From: Geosiphon pyriformis uo1
Taxonomy: Eukaryota; Fungi; Glomeromycota
Reading direction: 5' to 3'
Length of the DNA: 64,000 nt
Assembly: GCA_016748015.1 (NCBI GenBank)
Contig: JAAOMT010000627.1
Span: 124,001 to 188,000, forward strand
Made by a program: the position numbers and the translations under genes. This document shows positions 1-14,000 of this stretch, piece by piece; the stretch's first letter is position 1, and each line of letters begins with the position of its first letter. The notes under the pieces were generated by a model. It was not told the origin of the DNA and ran no database searches. It worked only from the letters and a program-made list of their open reading frames with translations.

Positions 1-3000
1 CTACCAATTCTAGACTGGGGAAAAAAAGACAAAGGAAAAAGGAAAAAAAACATACCTGAAAAGAACCAGGACAACACAAAAACTAGTGATTGGGAAAATT
101 TCTACTTCATAGATACCAGACCAGAACCATCTTATATTCTATTGAGGTATAAAGACTGCAAGAAGAAATTATCTTCTATAAAAGCTTAGATCACATTAGA
201 CAAAAATTACTAAATGCAAATCCACTATTATTATAAGTCATGCCACAGAGAACAGTATGGCTATCCAAAATAACAAGACAAGTAGGACAATAAACTATGT
301 CTCACTTGTGAAAAACAGTTGCTCAATAAAGAAATATGGAACAACATTTCTGGTTGAGGAAGAATGTACAACACTTCATGCCAATACACAATCCTCATAA
401 GTGATTGGTTCAGTCATAGCACTCCTATTACTACAGCTTGGCACCAAGCAATAATTCATTTGAATGGTTACCTACATGATGAGAACAAGATCTGGCAGAT
501 GGCAAATGCCAAAATTGAAGGAGCCACACCCAGCAAAATATTAAAAATCAAAAATAACCCTCCAGAACCAGTTGACATCATACTCATTCCAAATCCAGAT
601 GTTTTTCTCGACATAAAAACAGGCTCAGAGGAGTTTCATAAGCACTACCAAAATTTGGCACCAACAAAAAAAGAGCAAAAACAGCATTTGGAAGAAATAA
701 ACACCTGATTATGTAACCACTGTTTAATCTCATATAACTTTCAATATTGTAATAAGTGTGACCTTATTTACAATTCACTACTACACATAATCTACACAAT
801 CCCAGAGAAAGATAAACTAATTAACAGCTGCAGATCAAAATCAAAATCAATTTTCAATCCTAATTTAAACTCTGACAATGATGATAACAAAAATAATGGT
901 TCCAGCTCTGTTCAAAATGACAATAAAAAATATGATGATTCAAACTCTGATTCAAACCCCAAAACATATATTGCACTCCTTGATCTCACTAAAGAGCAAG
1001 AACTGAAATGGTTTAGTGATAATAATGAAAGTAGCATGCCAGAATGTGTACATGATACTGACACAGGATTTGATCTGAAATATTCAGGAAAGGATGCCAT
1101 CAAATTAGAACCATATTTGTGCACATGCATTGACCTTAAAGTAGCACTGGAAATTCCAGCAACAACAATAATTCAATTAGCATTTAGAAATAACTTAGCA
1201 AAAAAAGGAATCAATATCAGAGAAAGAATAATTGATACAGAATATATAGAAAATATCATTGCTATGTTACAAAATAACTCAGAAAAGACCTATGTAATAG
1301 AGCCAAACAAAAAGATAGTACAGGCAATATTCCTGCCTCTGGTAAAAATAGCCCAATTAATATTAGTAAGAAACAGAAAAAAATTAGGGATTACAGCAAA
1401 AGAGATACAGAGATTTGGATTTACAAGAAGAATAGATGTATCAGTCAATATGGCAGAGAAAGAGGTTAGTGACAAGAGAAAAATTATCTCTACCTATCAA
1501 CCAATTTTCATTCCACCATATGACTAGTACATAGTAGTCATAGAAAAAAAAGTGAAGAATCAGGTCCAGATTTTTGAGACAGAAGCAACACTTTGTAAAT
1601 CAGAAAAGATTGGATTAGTCAATCTACACATACCAGCCAAAAATCACAGTCACATTAAAATCCCTATTTACAACAACACAAAAGACATTATTGAGATACC
1701 AGAAAAAACCACCATTGGATATTTAACCACCAAAATTAACGAACAACCACCAAATCTCATTTCAGACTTTCCACAATTGTGTGGATATGTAGATATCACA
1801 TCACAAACAATATACAAACGAGAAGAATGTTATCTGCTCCAACTAGAACAATTGAAACAGATAAACTTGGAAAATTTAGACCCATTTCAATGAATGCAAT
1901 TCAAAATGTTACTCAACAATTTCAATGACATCTTTGCCAATGAAAATGAATTTGGCAGAACTAACATAATCTAGCATTAGATTAAGACTGGAGATGCAAT
2001 GCCAATCAAACAAAAAGCATACAGAGTACCACCTACTAGCCATGAAATTATTTGTTAAGAAATCAACCAAATACTTGACAATAGGTTAATTCAACTATCA
2101 ATAAGTCCATGGTTGTCACCAGTGGTACTAGTTCATAAGAAGAATAGAAAAATATGCTTTTGTGTGGATTACTGAAAATTGAATGGAATAACCAAAGGTA
2201 ATAGCTATCTGACTTCAAAAATTCAAGAACTGTTTGATGCTTTTGGAGGAAAAAAATAGTTCTTAACTTTAGACTTAGACAGCAGTTATTGGCAAGTAGC
2301 CATAAAGCCAAAAGACAAAGAAAAAATGGCTTTTACAATTCAGGAAGGAAACTTTGAATTTGAAGTAATGCCATTTGGCTTGATGAATACACCAATCATA
2401 TTTCAACAACTAATAGAAATTGTCTATACTAGACTGCTATAGAAATCAGTAGTCATATACTTAGATAACACCAATGTGTTTTCAAAAACATTTGATGATC
2501 ATCTGCATCATCTCCAACAAGTATTTGAAAGACTTAGAAGAGCTGGATTGAAGTTAAATGCAAACAAATGCTTCTTTAGAAAAACTGAACTCAAGTTCTT
2601 GGAACATGTGAGCAAAGATGGCATTAAAACAAATCCAGATAAAATTGCAATAATAAAAAACTTTCTAGTATCAACTAACTTGATAGAACTAAGAGCATTT
2701 TTGGGATTCGCAGGCTATTACTGCCATTTTATCAAGAATTTTTCTAAACTAGCTCAGCCATTCTATCATTTACAAACCAAAAATGTGAAATACAAATAGA
2801 CAAAAGCTCAACAAAAAGCATTTAATACACTAAAAAGAAAGCTTATTTAAGCTTTAGTGTTAATATATCCAGATCACAGCAAACTATTTATTATCATTAC
2901 CAGTACATCAAGCCAAGCATTGGGAGCAGTACTATCATAAAGAGGACCAGATAAAAGAAAATATTCAGTAGCTTATGCCAGCAAAAGCTTAAGTCTAGCC

Positions 3001-3257
3001 AAAAAAAACTATAAAACTCCAGCACTGAAACACTTAGCTATCTATTAAGCTGTTATCAAATGGAAAGAATACTTGAGTCAAAAGTTTGATATGTACACTG
3101 ATTATAAAGGATTGACTTCAATCTAAAAGCAAAAATTTGGAGACAATTGCCATGCCAAATAGAAAATAGAACTTTCACTATTTAATTATAGAATACATTA
3201 CAAAAAAGAAAAAAAAACAGAAATGCCAACAAATTGTCATAAATAAGACAAATTTAA
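1..3257 (+). pseudogene. pol: Element A pol pseudogene: Cys-rich region (~145-780), dUTPase (~1000-1440), RT (~1900-2800), RNase H (~2880-3257)
   Basis: TGFDL, IIDTEY, KIVQAIF (dUTPase motifs); VYLDN, LKLNANKC, LRAFLGFAGYY (RT); AYASKSL, MYTDYK (RNase H); many premature stops. Confidence 0.9.
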
Positions 3258-3287
3258 AAACATTTCAACCCAAAAATATAACAAAAG

Positions 3288-4664
3288 ATGAATATACAAA
3301 AATACCAACAACTTTAATATTATATAAATACCCAATTGTTCAAGGAGAAATTATCTCAAAAAAAAAAAAACAACATAAAACAACAATCAAAATATTTTAT
3401 CAACCACCAAAATAGACTTTACCAAAAAAACAAAAAGAATTCAGATCAACCAACCAGAATAATTACAAAACCAGAGAAAAAAACAATATTATTTAACATG
3501 CACTCAAATCCAACAGCAGGATATTTTCATAAAGAAGCAATCATAAAAAGAACCAGAAATAGATACTATTGGCCATCCATGTACCCAAACATTATCCAAT
3601 ATGTTCAAAATTGTGATGTTTGTCAAAAAAGAGGTGGAACAAAACCCAGTGAACCATTAAGACCAATCAAAGTAAGACAATCATTTGATTACATTAAAAT
3701 TGACTTAATGAGACCATTAACTATCACTAGCAGAGGCAACAGATATATAGCAGTAGCCATGGACTATCTCACTAAATAACCAGAAGCAAAAGCCATTCAA
3801 AGAGCAGATGCAGAATCCGTTGCTGAATTCATTTATCAAGATTTGATTTATTGATACAGATGTCCAAAAAAACTACTATCAGATCAAGAAACTCACTTTG
3901 TGAATAGAATATTGACAAAATTAAGTCAACGATTTGGGATAAAAAAACCATTATCATCACCATACCATCTATAAACAAATGGGTTAGTTGAACAGTTTAA
4001 CAAAACACTGTGTGAAGCAATAGCCAAAATCAGCCAAAAAAACCAGGACAAATAGGATTTGTTCATACCATCAGTATTATTTGCTTATTAGACAATAAAG
4101 CAAGACACTACACAAGCAACACCATTCGAATTAATATACAGTAGAACAGCAACATTATCAGTTGAGATAAAAGTTAAAACATATCCAACAGAACTAATAA
4201 CAGAAGAGAATTTTCAAAGAACATTGTTAAAAAGAACATATGACTTAATAGAGACACTAGAAAACACATGACAAAAAACAGCTGATAACATCCAAAAGTC
4301 ACAAGAAAAACAAAAAAAAAGACACAATAACCAACTACCAGAGAAACCAGTTGAATTCAAGATTGAAGACAAAGTACTTTTACATTGTATCAAAGCAGAA
4401 AAACAATGAAATGGAAAATTTGACTCCAAATGGGATAGACCATTTTACATAAAAAAAATTCTAGAAAATGAAGCTTATAAATTAAGATTGAACAACAAAA
4501 TCTTAACCAAAGCAGCATATAGAGATTGACTGAAGCCATACCACAATATAATAATATCATTTACCAATAATATTCTACAATTAAGAGTACAGAAAATACT
4601 AGTCAAACCAGATGAAATTCCATAAGATCTAGAACCAATTATAATCATTAAACCAAACACATAA
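3288..4664 (+). pseudogene. Element A integrase, separate ORF
   Basis: ATG at 3288; HHCC (MHSNPTAGYFH...CDVCQ), IDL, DYLTK, SDQETHF, TNGLVEQFN, GPY/F-like tail. Confidence 0.9.
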
Positions 4665-4724
4665 AATTGAACAACCAAAAGAATATATAAAGACATAGTA
4701 TATGTGACAAAAGACAACAGAAAA

Positions 4725-5354
4725 ATGGAGATTATTAATGATATTTACTCATTAGCACAACAACTCTTTCAACTGATTCAACAACAAAAGATAAAAATTA
4801 CAATAAACCAACAAACAATCAGATACACAAACACCAGAAAAAGACTATGAGATAAAATACGAAGGAAAACAGAGAATACTATTAACAAAATAATTACAAA
4901 AGTGAAATTGGCAATAGAAACACAACTAAAAGTCACCCAATATCAAGAGTTGACTATAAAAACTTGGAATTGGTAAATACAACAATTTCCAAAAAACTTT
5001 TGTTACTTTTATTTGGGACAACACTTGAACATTCAGAGCCTGTACATAGATAAAACAAAACAATTATTTAACACAACAATACTACAACAACTGGAACAGT
5101 TTGTGGGAAAGAACAATTTGACTACACAAGCAAGAGCCATTTATTGGCTACACACTGGATTTTAAAATTGATCAGAAATCTTACTCAATCCAGAAATGGA
5201 CTTTATTATCATTAACCAAATGGGAAAAATAACTAATGCTCAATTTGAAGACTTACAAAACAAGATAGCACAAGTAATTCTCGAAAAAAAAGTTCAAGAA
5301 ATACTCAAAGACAGAGAATTAAAATTAGGAGATCTTGATGAAGCTCAATATTAA
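4725..5354 (+). pseudogene. Element A ORF3, unknown function (~209 codons, a few internal stops)
   Basis: Starts MEIINDIYSLAQQLFQ and ends DEAQY* at the PPT; homologous ORFs in G, B1, B2, H. Confidence 0.7.
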
Positions 5355-5368
5355 AAAAAAGAGAATAA

Positions 5369-6195
5369 TGTTACTCATAAAATATAGGAAGTATATTAGC
5401 ATATAATTTAGTCAATTAAAAATAGCTGTAGTAAATATGGAATTCCAGGATTCCTCTCAGAGGAATTGCAGGATTCCAGAAATTTCAGAATTCTCATACA
5501 AGAAATTACAGAATTCCTGGTGTAAAAAATTAAGAAATTAAGGAATCTTAATTATGTATATATAGCAGTAGTATTAGAAATAGAAAAGACAGATTTCTCA
5601 GTTTAGATTTGATTTAAACAATCTTTTTATCCACAAATACCAATAAATAATTATTCACTATCTCAATCCATTCTCCATTATTAACACTCTATGTTAATAG
5701 TAATTAATACTTAACTACACTAGAACAATAGCTTTTGATCACGGCTATTGATGGGATACTAACTTGCAAATGTCTTGGCTTCTTTTTTTTATCTTTTTTT
5801 TATTTCTTTTATTTTCTTTTATTTATTTATTTTGTTGTGTTTACTAATTGATTAAGGATAAAATGCTAAATTATTGATGTCACACACTGAATTATTGACA
5901 TCATAGATAGCCTGATAAAAGACCCAGAAATAAGGATAGAATTATATATATTAACAAATAGCTTACCAAAAGAGCATGACTGCCAAAATAAATCCAGCCA
6001 CCAAGCTGAAAAAAAAATTGGGAAACAACTAACTAACAACAGTATTATTATCAACTCTCTGTTTATTATACAAAAAACTCAAACAAAAAACTTTCAGATC
6101 CATAATTTTTCCAGCAACCAACATTAATCCAGACATTAAGCATCAAGTTATGGGTTTGTTATTTGATTTAAGACCCCAAATAATCACCTGTAACA
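5369..6195 (+). repeat. 3' LTR of element A (family A, GGAATTCC-type U3 array)
   Basis: TGTTAC...GTAACA termini, preceded by PPT, TATA-like tatatatagcag at ~5557; homologous to several other LTRs in the window. Confidence 0.93.
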
Positions 6196-7845
6196 TCATC
6201 TATGCTACTTTTATATCTAAATTAAGCTTGCTACAAACTATTGAGAAAACAAAAACTGTGAATGTTTTAGTAAACACCAATCTAAAAAAATTGATAGTAT
6301 GCTTAGATCAAACTGTGGTAGTAAAAAAAATTTCAATAAAAATGTTAACTAAAGCTGTGCATATTGCATTTTTTGATTTTGAATTGATTAAGTTAATTAA
6401 AATACAGTTAGTGAGGCTGTGGCAAAAAGCTGTAGTTAAATTTGATAAGATAGATTATGCTAATTTGATCACAGCAAAATGGTTTGTACTAATTAAAAAA
6501 GATACAATATGTATAGCTAGGGCTAATAAGAACGAAAAATTGTGGAATATAAAATGCTGCTGTATACTCTGACAATAAAAACAAATGCACATAATATTTG
6601 GGATTATATTAATTTAGTGGATAAAAAAACATGTATTATCAACTATTATTCAGTTATATATGCTTAGACCAGATGTACAGTTGTTTGTTTTAACTCTGCT
6701 GTATTATTAGATGCTGTTATGAAAATCATACTAGTGTTAAGAAACACCAATCTATACTGGTTTTATCTAGGCTTTGTCAAATGTGCCAAATATGAGAATT
6801 TAGGTTATATATTATTGAATTATTCTGTAAATAAGAATTTTTTTCTGGTGCTTTCTCTTGAAAAGTATTGTCAGACATAAATAAAAACAGATTGGCAGTT
6901 ATTTATATTAAATGCTCAGCTTTTATTGCTCATTTAGTAGCTTTTGGTGATATTTTTTAAGCTGAGATTATTGATAAGTTTTTTTTTTCTTTCTGTACAT
7001 AATAGTTTGTCAAATTTTGGTTTTTCTTTAGAGATAAAGCTTTTTCCACTGGTTTTTTTGGATATAAATAATAGATTTGCCACTCTTAAATACAATTTTA
7101 CCAGTTTTATAGAGCAAATTAATAAGCTGGCTAAGAGATTGGCCATATTCAGACCAATGATTTCCTAATTTAGCCTTAAATATTAGCCATTAATAATCTC
7201 TTTATCACAGAATCAAAAAGCAGATATAATAATGAGTAAAAATACAAATGTGGTTATTAGTGGTGAAACTGTTGTAAAAACAATGGTTTTTAATTAAACA
7301 TTCATTTTAAAGTTGAAAAAAAATATGAACAATTTGTCAATTATAATTATGGGCCTAATAGCTAAAGTGAACAATTTTAATTTGAGTGTAAAAATTCTCT
7401 CTTTTCAATGACAGACTTAATATGAAAATTTGTTACTTGTAATATTAGAAATATCAATATTCCTGTCAAGCAAAAAGATATTGTTTGTTGGTATGTAAAT
7501 TCAGATAACATAGTTTTTTTATAATAGAGACAAAGTTGAAGTCTAGTATTAAGTCTTGGATTGCAAATAAGTTTAAAAGAGTAAAAATTTTTATATCTGG
7601 TTTGGAAAAGAGTTTTCTTAGTCTGAAATAACTATTATTATAAACAATTTTTTGGCTCAACTTATTTTCAAAATAAAAAAAGTTCTTGGTTATATTGTTT
7701 TAATACAGCTTTTTTTCAAGGACAAGCTTTTAGTCATGATTTTAAATTTTTGTATGCTGGTGCTTCTACTGAGACTAAGTTTAGTTAAGCTTTAAAGATT
7801 AACTTTTTTATTGCCAAAACTATTAACTTTAGCAATTTTGTAATA
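6196..7845 (+). mobile_element. Non-LTR retrotransposon (LINE) fragment: ORF1 RRM-like region and start of ORF2 AP endonuclease
   Basis: VVVKKI...IKLIKIQLVRLWQKAVVKF (RRM-like); at ~7408 MTDLI*KFVTCNIRNIN...IIETKL (APE xNxxG and ET motifs). Confidence 0.75.
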
Positions 7846-8555
7846 TCAACACATATTTAACAGAACTAATAACAAAAGTTAATTTTCAAAAAACATTACT
7901 GAAAAAACATATGACTTAATAGAAACATTAAAGAACAAAAGACAAAAAGCAGCTAATAATATACAAAAGTTACAAGCAAAACAAAAAAAACAACATAATA
8001 ATTAATTATTAAATAAACCAATCAAATTAAGAATTAAAAATAAAATACTCTTATATTATACCAAAATAGAAAAACAATGGAGTAAAAAATTTGACTCCAA
8101 ATAAAACAAACCATTTTACATTAAAAAAATTTTAAGAAATAGAGCTTATAAATTAAAATGAGATAACAAAATCTTAGTTAAAGCAGCACATAGAAATTAA
8201 CTGAAATCATATTACAATATAATATCATTATCTACCAATAATATTTCATAATTAAAAGTACAACAAATACTAATCTAATCAGATAAAATTTCATAAGATC
8301 TAAAACCTATCATAATTATTAACACAAACATGTCAAATTAATCTACAAAAAAATAGTATATAAAAACACAGTATCCATAACAAAAACAACAATAAAAAGA
8401 TAGAAATTTCAGATTACATTTACACAATGGCTTAACAATTATTTCAAATCATAAATTAGCAATAATTAGACATGAAAATTGTTATTAATTAACAAACAAT
8501 TTGCTATTAAAACACCAAAAGAGAAAAAAAAGCAAGAATTATTTTATATTAGTAA

Positions 8556-9421
8556 TGTTACTTATAAAAATTTAAAAATTTTTAATAAGGATAAAGTAGC
8601 CAATTAGAAACAGGCATAGTAAAAAAAAATTTCAAGATTTTTTTCAAGAAATTACATAATTTCAAAAATTCCAGGATTTCTGGCTAGAGAAATTAAAAGA
8701 ATTTAAGAAATTCTATATAACATTAATTATGTATATATAGTAAAAGTATTAGAAGCAAAAAAAACAAAATTCAATTTACAATTACTACCAACAATTAATT
8801 AATTATCTAATACCCTTTTCTTTAAAAGATAGTTTTCTATAATTTAAAGTAAAATCAAATCACTTATCAATAAAATATCAATTATTACCTGAATTCATGT
8901 TATCATTACTTGATTAAAAAATATTAATTACTTTCATTCTATTAATATGGAGTGTTAATAGAATCCAACACTTAATTATACTAGACTAATAACTTTTGAT
9001 TATGATTATTAATAGAATACTAATTTTTTATTTTTCTTCTTATTTTCTTTCAATTTTGTTTTATTTTTTTTGTTTTATTTTTTTGTTGTTTACTAATTGA
9101 TTAAAAAGATTAGTGTTGAGTAATTGGTATTAAAGATAGTTTGGTAAAAAACCCAGAAATAAGAGTAAAAATTTAAGAATAGCTTACCAAAAGAGCATGA
9201 CTACCAAATTAAACTGGTCATTATGTTAAAAAAAAATTTATGAAAAGGACTTTCAGGATGAATACTGAAATATCAATTAAATTTCTGTTTATTATACAAA
9301 AAATTCTACCCAAAACCTTCAAATTACAAAAACTTTTAGAATTACTAACATTATTAAGCTATTAAGCACCAAGTTATGAGTTTGTTATTTTTATCAACAC
9401 ACCAAATAATTATTTATAACA
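8556..9421 (+). repeat. Solo LTR (family A) inserted in ORF3 of element G
   Basis: TGTTAC...ATAACA; TSD GTAA/GCAA; the flanks join to match H ORF3. Confidence 0.85.
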
Positions 9422-9922
9422 GCAACCACAGAACCAAACAAAACACTGGTCAGATAAAATCATAGAAAAAATAAAAAACACTTTTAGAAAAATATCAATA
9501 ATTGCTTCAACAAAAAAGCTAATTAAAGAAAACTAAAAACTATAGATAAAACAACTTTCAGTATTATACTATTATTATTAATTAAAACAAAAACTAAATA
9601 TTTAGGAATTATATATTAATAAATCCAAAAGAATATTCAATCAAAAAATAGTACAACAGATTAAAAATTTTATTAGAAAAAAAACAAATTTAATATTATA
9701 CATCAAAACAATTTACTAACTATACACCATATTTCAAAATTATTCAAAAATACTATTATACTAAAAAATGAAAACAATAACTGTTAACCAATAGAAAAAA
9801 TATACAACTTTCAATGTGAAAAAATAAGAAACAGAATTGAACAAACAGTATTAGAAAGAGAAGTAATAGACTTAATTCAAAATGAAGATTTTAACAGAGC
9901 TTAATATTAAAAGAAAAAATAA

Positions 9923-10106
9923 TATTACTTATAGAAAAAGTACAAGTAAAAAAAAACAGATAAAAAAATAGACCAATAGAAGAATAGAATTTAACAAGTG
10001 AGCACAATATTAGAAAATTATGACATATTGCTTAACAATATGCACATTGTTAGTAAATTATAACATACTGCTTAGCAATAAACACATTGTTAAAAAATTA
10101 TAGCAC
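9923..10106 (+). repeat. Element G 3' LTR, left part (U3 with GCACATTGCTCAGCAAT-type array)
   Basis: Follows PPT; TATTAC start; the array resumes at 31886. Confidence 0.75.
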
Positions 10107-11058
10107 TGTTATCAGTAGAATTTTAGCTAGTAGTTAACATGAAATTATTCTTATAATTCTTAGTATTAATTAGTATATATTATTATCATTTTAATTATTA
10201 CTTATTAAGTTAATCAAATTATCAAATATTATTATTCAATTAATAACCCAATTTGTACCATAGAAATTAAGATGATTAAATTACACAATATTTTGAACCA
10301 TTTAATATTCAAAAATTCGCCGAAATTGATAAAAATTGGCCGAAATAATTAATAGTTCATAGAAATAATTTGTAGTTTGCCAAAATGTATCTTTAGTTTG
10401 CCAAAATTAGAGCAAAAAAAAAGTGCAAGTTTAAAGACTAGTATCACAACAAGTTGTATAAAAAAAGAGTTTTTCTCTTCAAAAAAATGTATCTTACTTT
10501 AGATATTTTTTAATTAGAATCAATTATCTTTTACATATCTTTACAAAATTAAATAAAAAGCAAATATTTGAAAATCCAAATCTTCAATTATTTTACTTGA
10601 AATTCCCAAAAACCAACTAATGTTTTAAAATTAATTAGCTACCAATTTCAATAATCTATTAGTAACTTCAGACCTAAATAGAAAACGTTTTTTTTGATAA
10701 AATTCTATTTTTTTTACATTTTATTTTTTTTTATTTTTTTTATTATAATTATTAAGATAGCCTACAAACAAAATTCTTGTAAAAGAGTTGACTTTTACAG
10801 CAAAATAACTACACATTTTTAGTGAGTTTTCAGATGAGCAATTTCTGAAAAAAAATTAATGTTTACTATAATGTAACTACATAAAGTAACTGATATGGAA
10901 TTGGCTATTCTACTTATAAGCCCAGCAGTTCAAATTATAGAAGATAATTTGAAAATAAATTCAGTTACTGGAGGTTCAACTACTTTCTTTAGTCATGAAT
11001 TAGCAACAACACAATATTAACAATATTTAAAAAAAGAGACCAAAAACTTTTAGTAATA
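10107..11058 (+). repeat. Element E 5' LTR
   Basis: Direct repeat of 30951-31885; TGTTAT...GTAATA; followed by TTTAGTGCTCTC (decayed PBS). Confidence 0.93.
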
Positions 11059-11079
11059 TTTAGTGCTCTCTTACAGAAA

Positions 11080-14000
11080 TAACACAGTAACAACAAACCT
11101 CAAAGTGGTGACCACACTAGATACAACAACTCTAAAGTATTATTAGTTAATTTACACTCACTGCAAGCAAAAATTTAACATCCAAGATGGAATTAAAATT
11201 CTTAAAAAAACATTATACCAATACATCAAAAATTACATCAATTATTTTTTTAGAAACTACAATATTTTAGAAGTTAGAAACAATCTCTACAAAAATTTAT
11301 TATATTATTCTCACTTGGAAACCAAAGACCTTAACAGTGAAACACTTAACATCTACTTTTACAAACTCAACTTTAATATTATCTAATATTATGAAGAAAA
11401 ATACTCAATACAGTCCAAATACTCTTTTGACTTTGAATTAAAACCAGAAAATAACAACAACAAAAAACAGAAAAAAAAACTCTAAGTTAGCTATACAATT
11501 TACAACACACCAAAAACAACTGCCAAATACTTGCAAACACCTAAACAAGGAACCAATATCAAACTACCACTTTTTATTATACTATTTTCAATTTTACTTG
11601 CTTAATTGCAAACTCTCAACTCATCTCTTATCTAATTCTTGAGACCAAAAGATTTTATCTTACCAAAAAGTCATACACAACAACCAGAATTAATATCCAC
11701 CAGTATCAATATCTACCAGTATCAATTTTTTTAATTTTCTAGCAAATAACTCAAGCAATTACTCCAACAGTAACAAAAACGTTTCTAAATCTACAGAAGA
11801 AAAAACTGATAAGAACAATAATACAGAAGACATAACAGCCACTTATATTGCAAAAATTACTGAATTTACAGGAGAAAATGCTAATACTAGTTTTCAGAAA
11901 TGGCTTAATAAAGTCCAGAAAGCAGGAGATGCAAATGGATAGAATGTAGCAAAAATGTTAAAAGCAATTCTATACTTTCTTCAAGGAATAGCAGAAGAAT
12001 AGTTTGAAAACTTGACTGAACTTTTTGAAAACTGGCAAGAATTCAAAGATGCTTTTTTAAAACAATTTACCAACAACAATACTTCAATTACCCTCTGAAA
12101 TTACTTTCACAATATCAAACAAAAATTATTTGAAACTGTTATAACTTATCTTAAAAGATTTAACAAACTTTTTAGACAAATTTAATAATTGAAAACCAAT
12201 AACTACTATTCTAATGCCCAGATTTTGGATCAGTTTATTGCAGAATTGAAAGATAAATTAATTAAGAAAGTTTGTTTTCATGTCTCAACAAACTTAGCTA
12301 TAGTTATTCAATATGTAAAAAACTATAAAATGACTATAAAAGAAACCAACCAAACAAAACTTGTAAATCTTGTATTTGGAAAAACCAGTTCAGCAGCTGA
12401 AAAAAAAATCGACCAACTCACCAAGAAGGTTGAAAACTATTTTACTAATTAACAACAACAGCAACAACCATAAAAATATCAAACTCCACAATGATAAAAT
12501 CAAAGCAGCTTCTTATTATCATTTAACAATTAACCTTAAAACTGCTATTATTGTGAAATTTTAAGATATTAGAATAAGATTGCAGAAAATTACAATAAGA
12601 CCAACAAAACAGAAATAATTAACATTATTTCTAACTTCTATTACCAATCTTTATTACCAACTTATTATCTATTAAGACCACAAAATTAAAACAGTTACTA
12701 TTAATTTGTTTTATAATTAATACAGTAGCAATATTAGCAACCTCTACCAATTCAACAATATCAATTACCATTTATTCAACAAAATTAAATACCTGCTTAA
12801 AGATTGGTTTAATAAAACCAATTCACATCTCAAAATCGTTTTTAAAGTAATAACAGAATCAATTCAAACAACTAGTTGGTTTTTTAAAATTCTGTTTAGC
12901 AAAGATTTAATTACTATTATACACAACTCAGTTATTTAACAATATCTAAAGATTCGGATTTTTAACAAACTGCATTTTTTGAAGATGAAGCTGCAGTACC
13001 AAGATCAAATCCTTTCAATAATATCATTTTACCAGTTCAAATCACCCAAAATGCCAATCTTTTAGATATATTTTCATTCGAATTTGAAGCCAATGAATCA
13101 CTATTTCTACTTAGCAATACAACAGACAATACATAAAAAGCAATTACAGCAATATATACAGAAGCTAAAATTGAAGGAAAACCAATTCAGTTAATTTTAG
13201 ACAGCAAATTTGCTAGTAGTATTATTACTTATCAATTAATGCAACAATTTTAATAAACTGTTAACCAATCAGTTCAAACAGTTATTATTATGATTAATAA
13301 TATAAAAAAAACACCAATAGAAAAAATTGACAACTTTTTTTTTACTATTGATAAAATTATCATTTCAATTAAAGTTTTTGTTATGAATATACCTTAATAT
13401 TAAACTTTTGTTAGAAATAATTGGTTTCTTAAGACCAATATGAATTTAAATTAAAAAACTCAGAAATTGAAGATTTTTTACCAAAAACAATACACCTGAA
13501 TACCTACTACTTGTAATATTTTTAACAAACAAACAGAAAAAGCCCCAGTATTCAAATTTGAAAAAAAGAAAAAAATGCCAATTACTGAAACCTTTATGGC
13601 TCTTGAATTACTATTTAATTGGGCTGAAAAAACAGAGCAAGAAATTTTTGAAGAAATTAGAGGTTAGAATGTTGTTTATTACTCTATACCAGAACCACAA
13701 AAACAACTATTCTATATACTATTTAAATGCAAAGACTATAACAAAAATCTTTCATTAATGAGAGCATATATATCTTTAGAAGAAGTATATAAAACTTGCA
13801 TCTGCTACTTTTGTAAAGCCTGTCATAAAAAATGATTTGGATAACCCAAACAAAGTGGAAAATAGAACAACACTTCTTGTTTTACATATAGAAAAATACT
13901 ACCAAAAGAATGCAATTAAATTAATGTTACAATAAGAGAAGAAGTCTATAATCAAATCTGTTAATATGCACTTTTAATTGCAGAGAAAGTAAAAAGAGAA

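Larger units (their letters stand above)
1..6195 (+). mobile_element. Element A: Ty3/gypsy-type LTR retrotransposon, 3' part (Cys-rich domain, dUTPase, RT, RNase H, integrase, ORF3, PPT, 3' LTR); 5' end outside window
   Basis: Ordered degenerate domains in the ORF track and sequence; purine tract at 5353-5366 followed by LTR TGTTAC...GTAACA. Confidence 0.93.
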
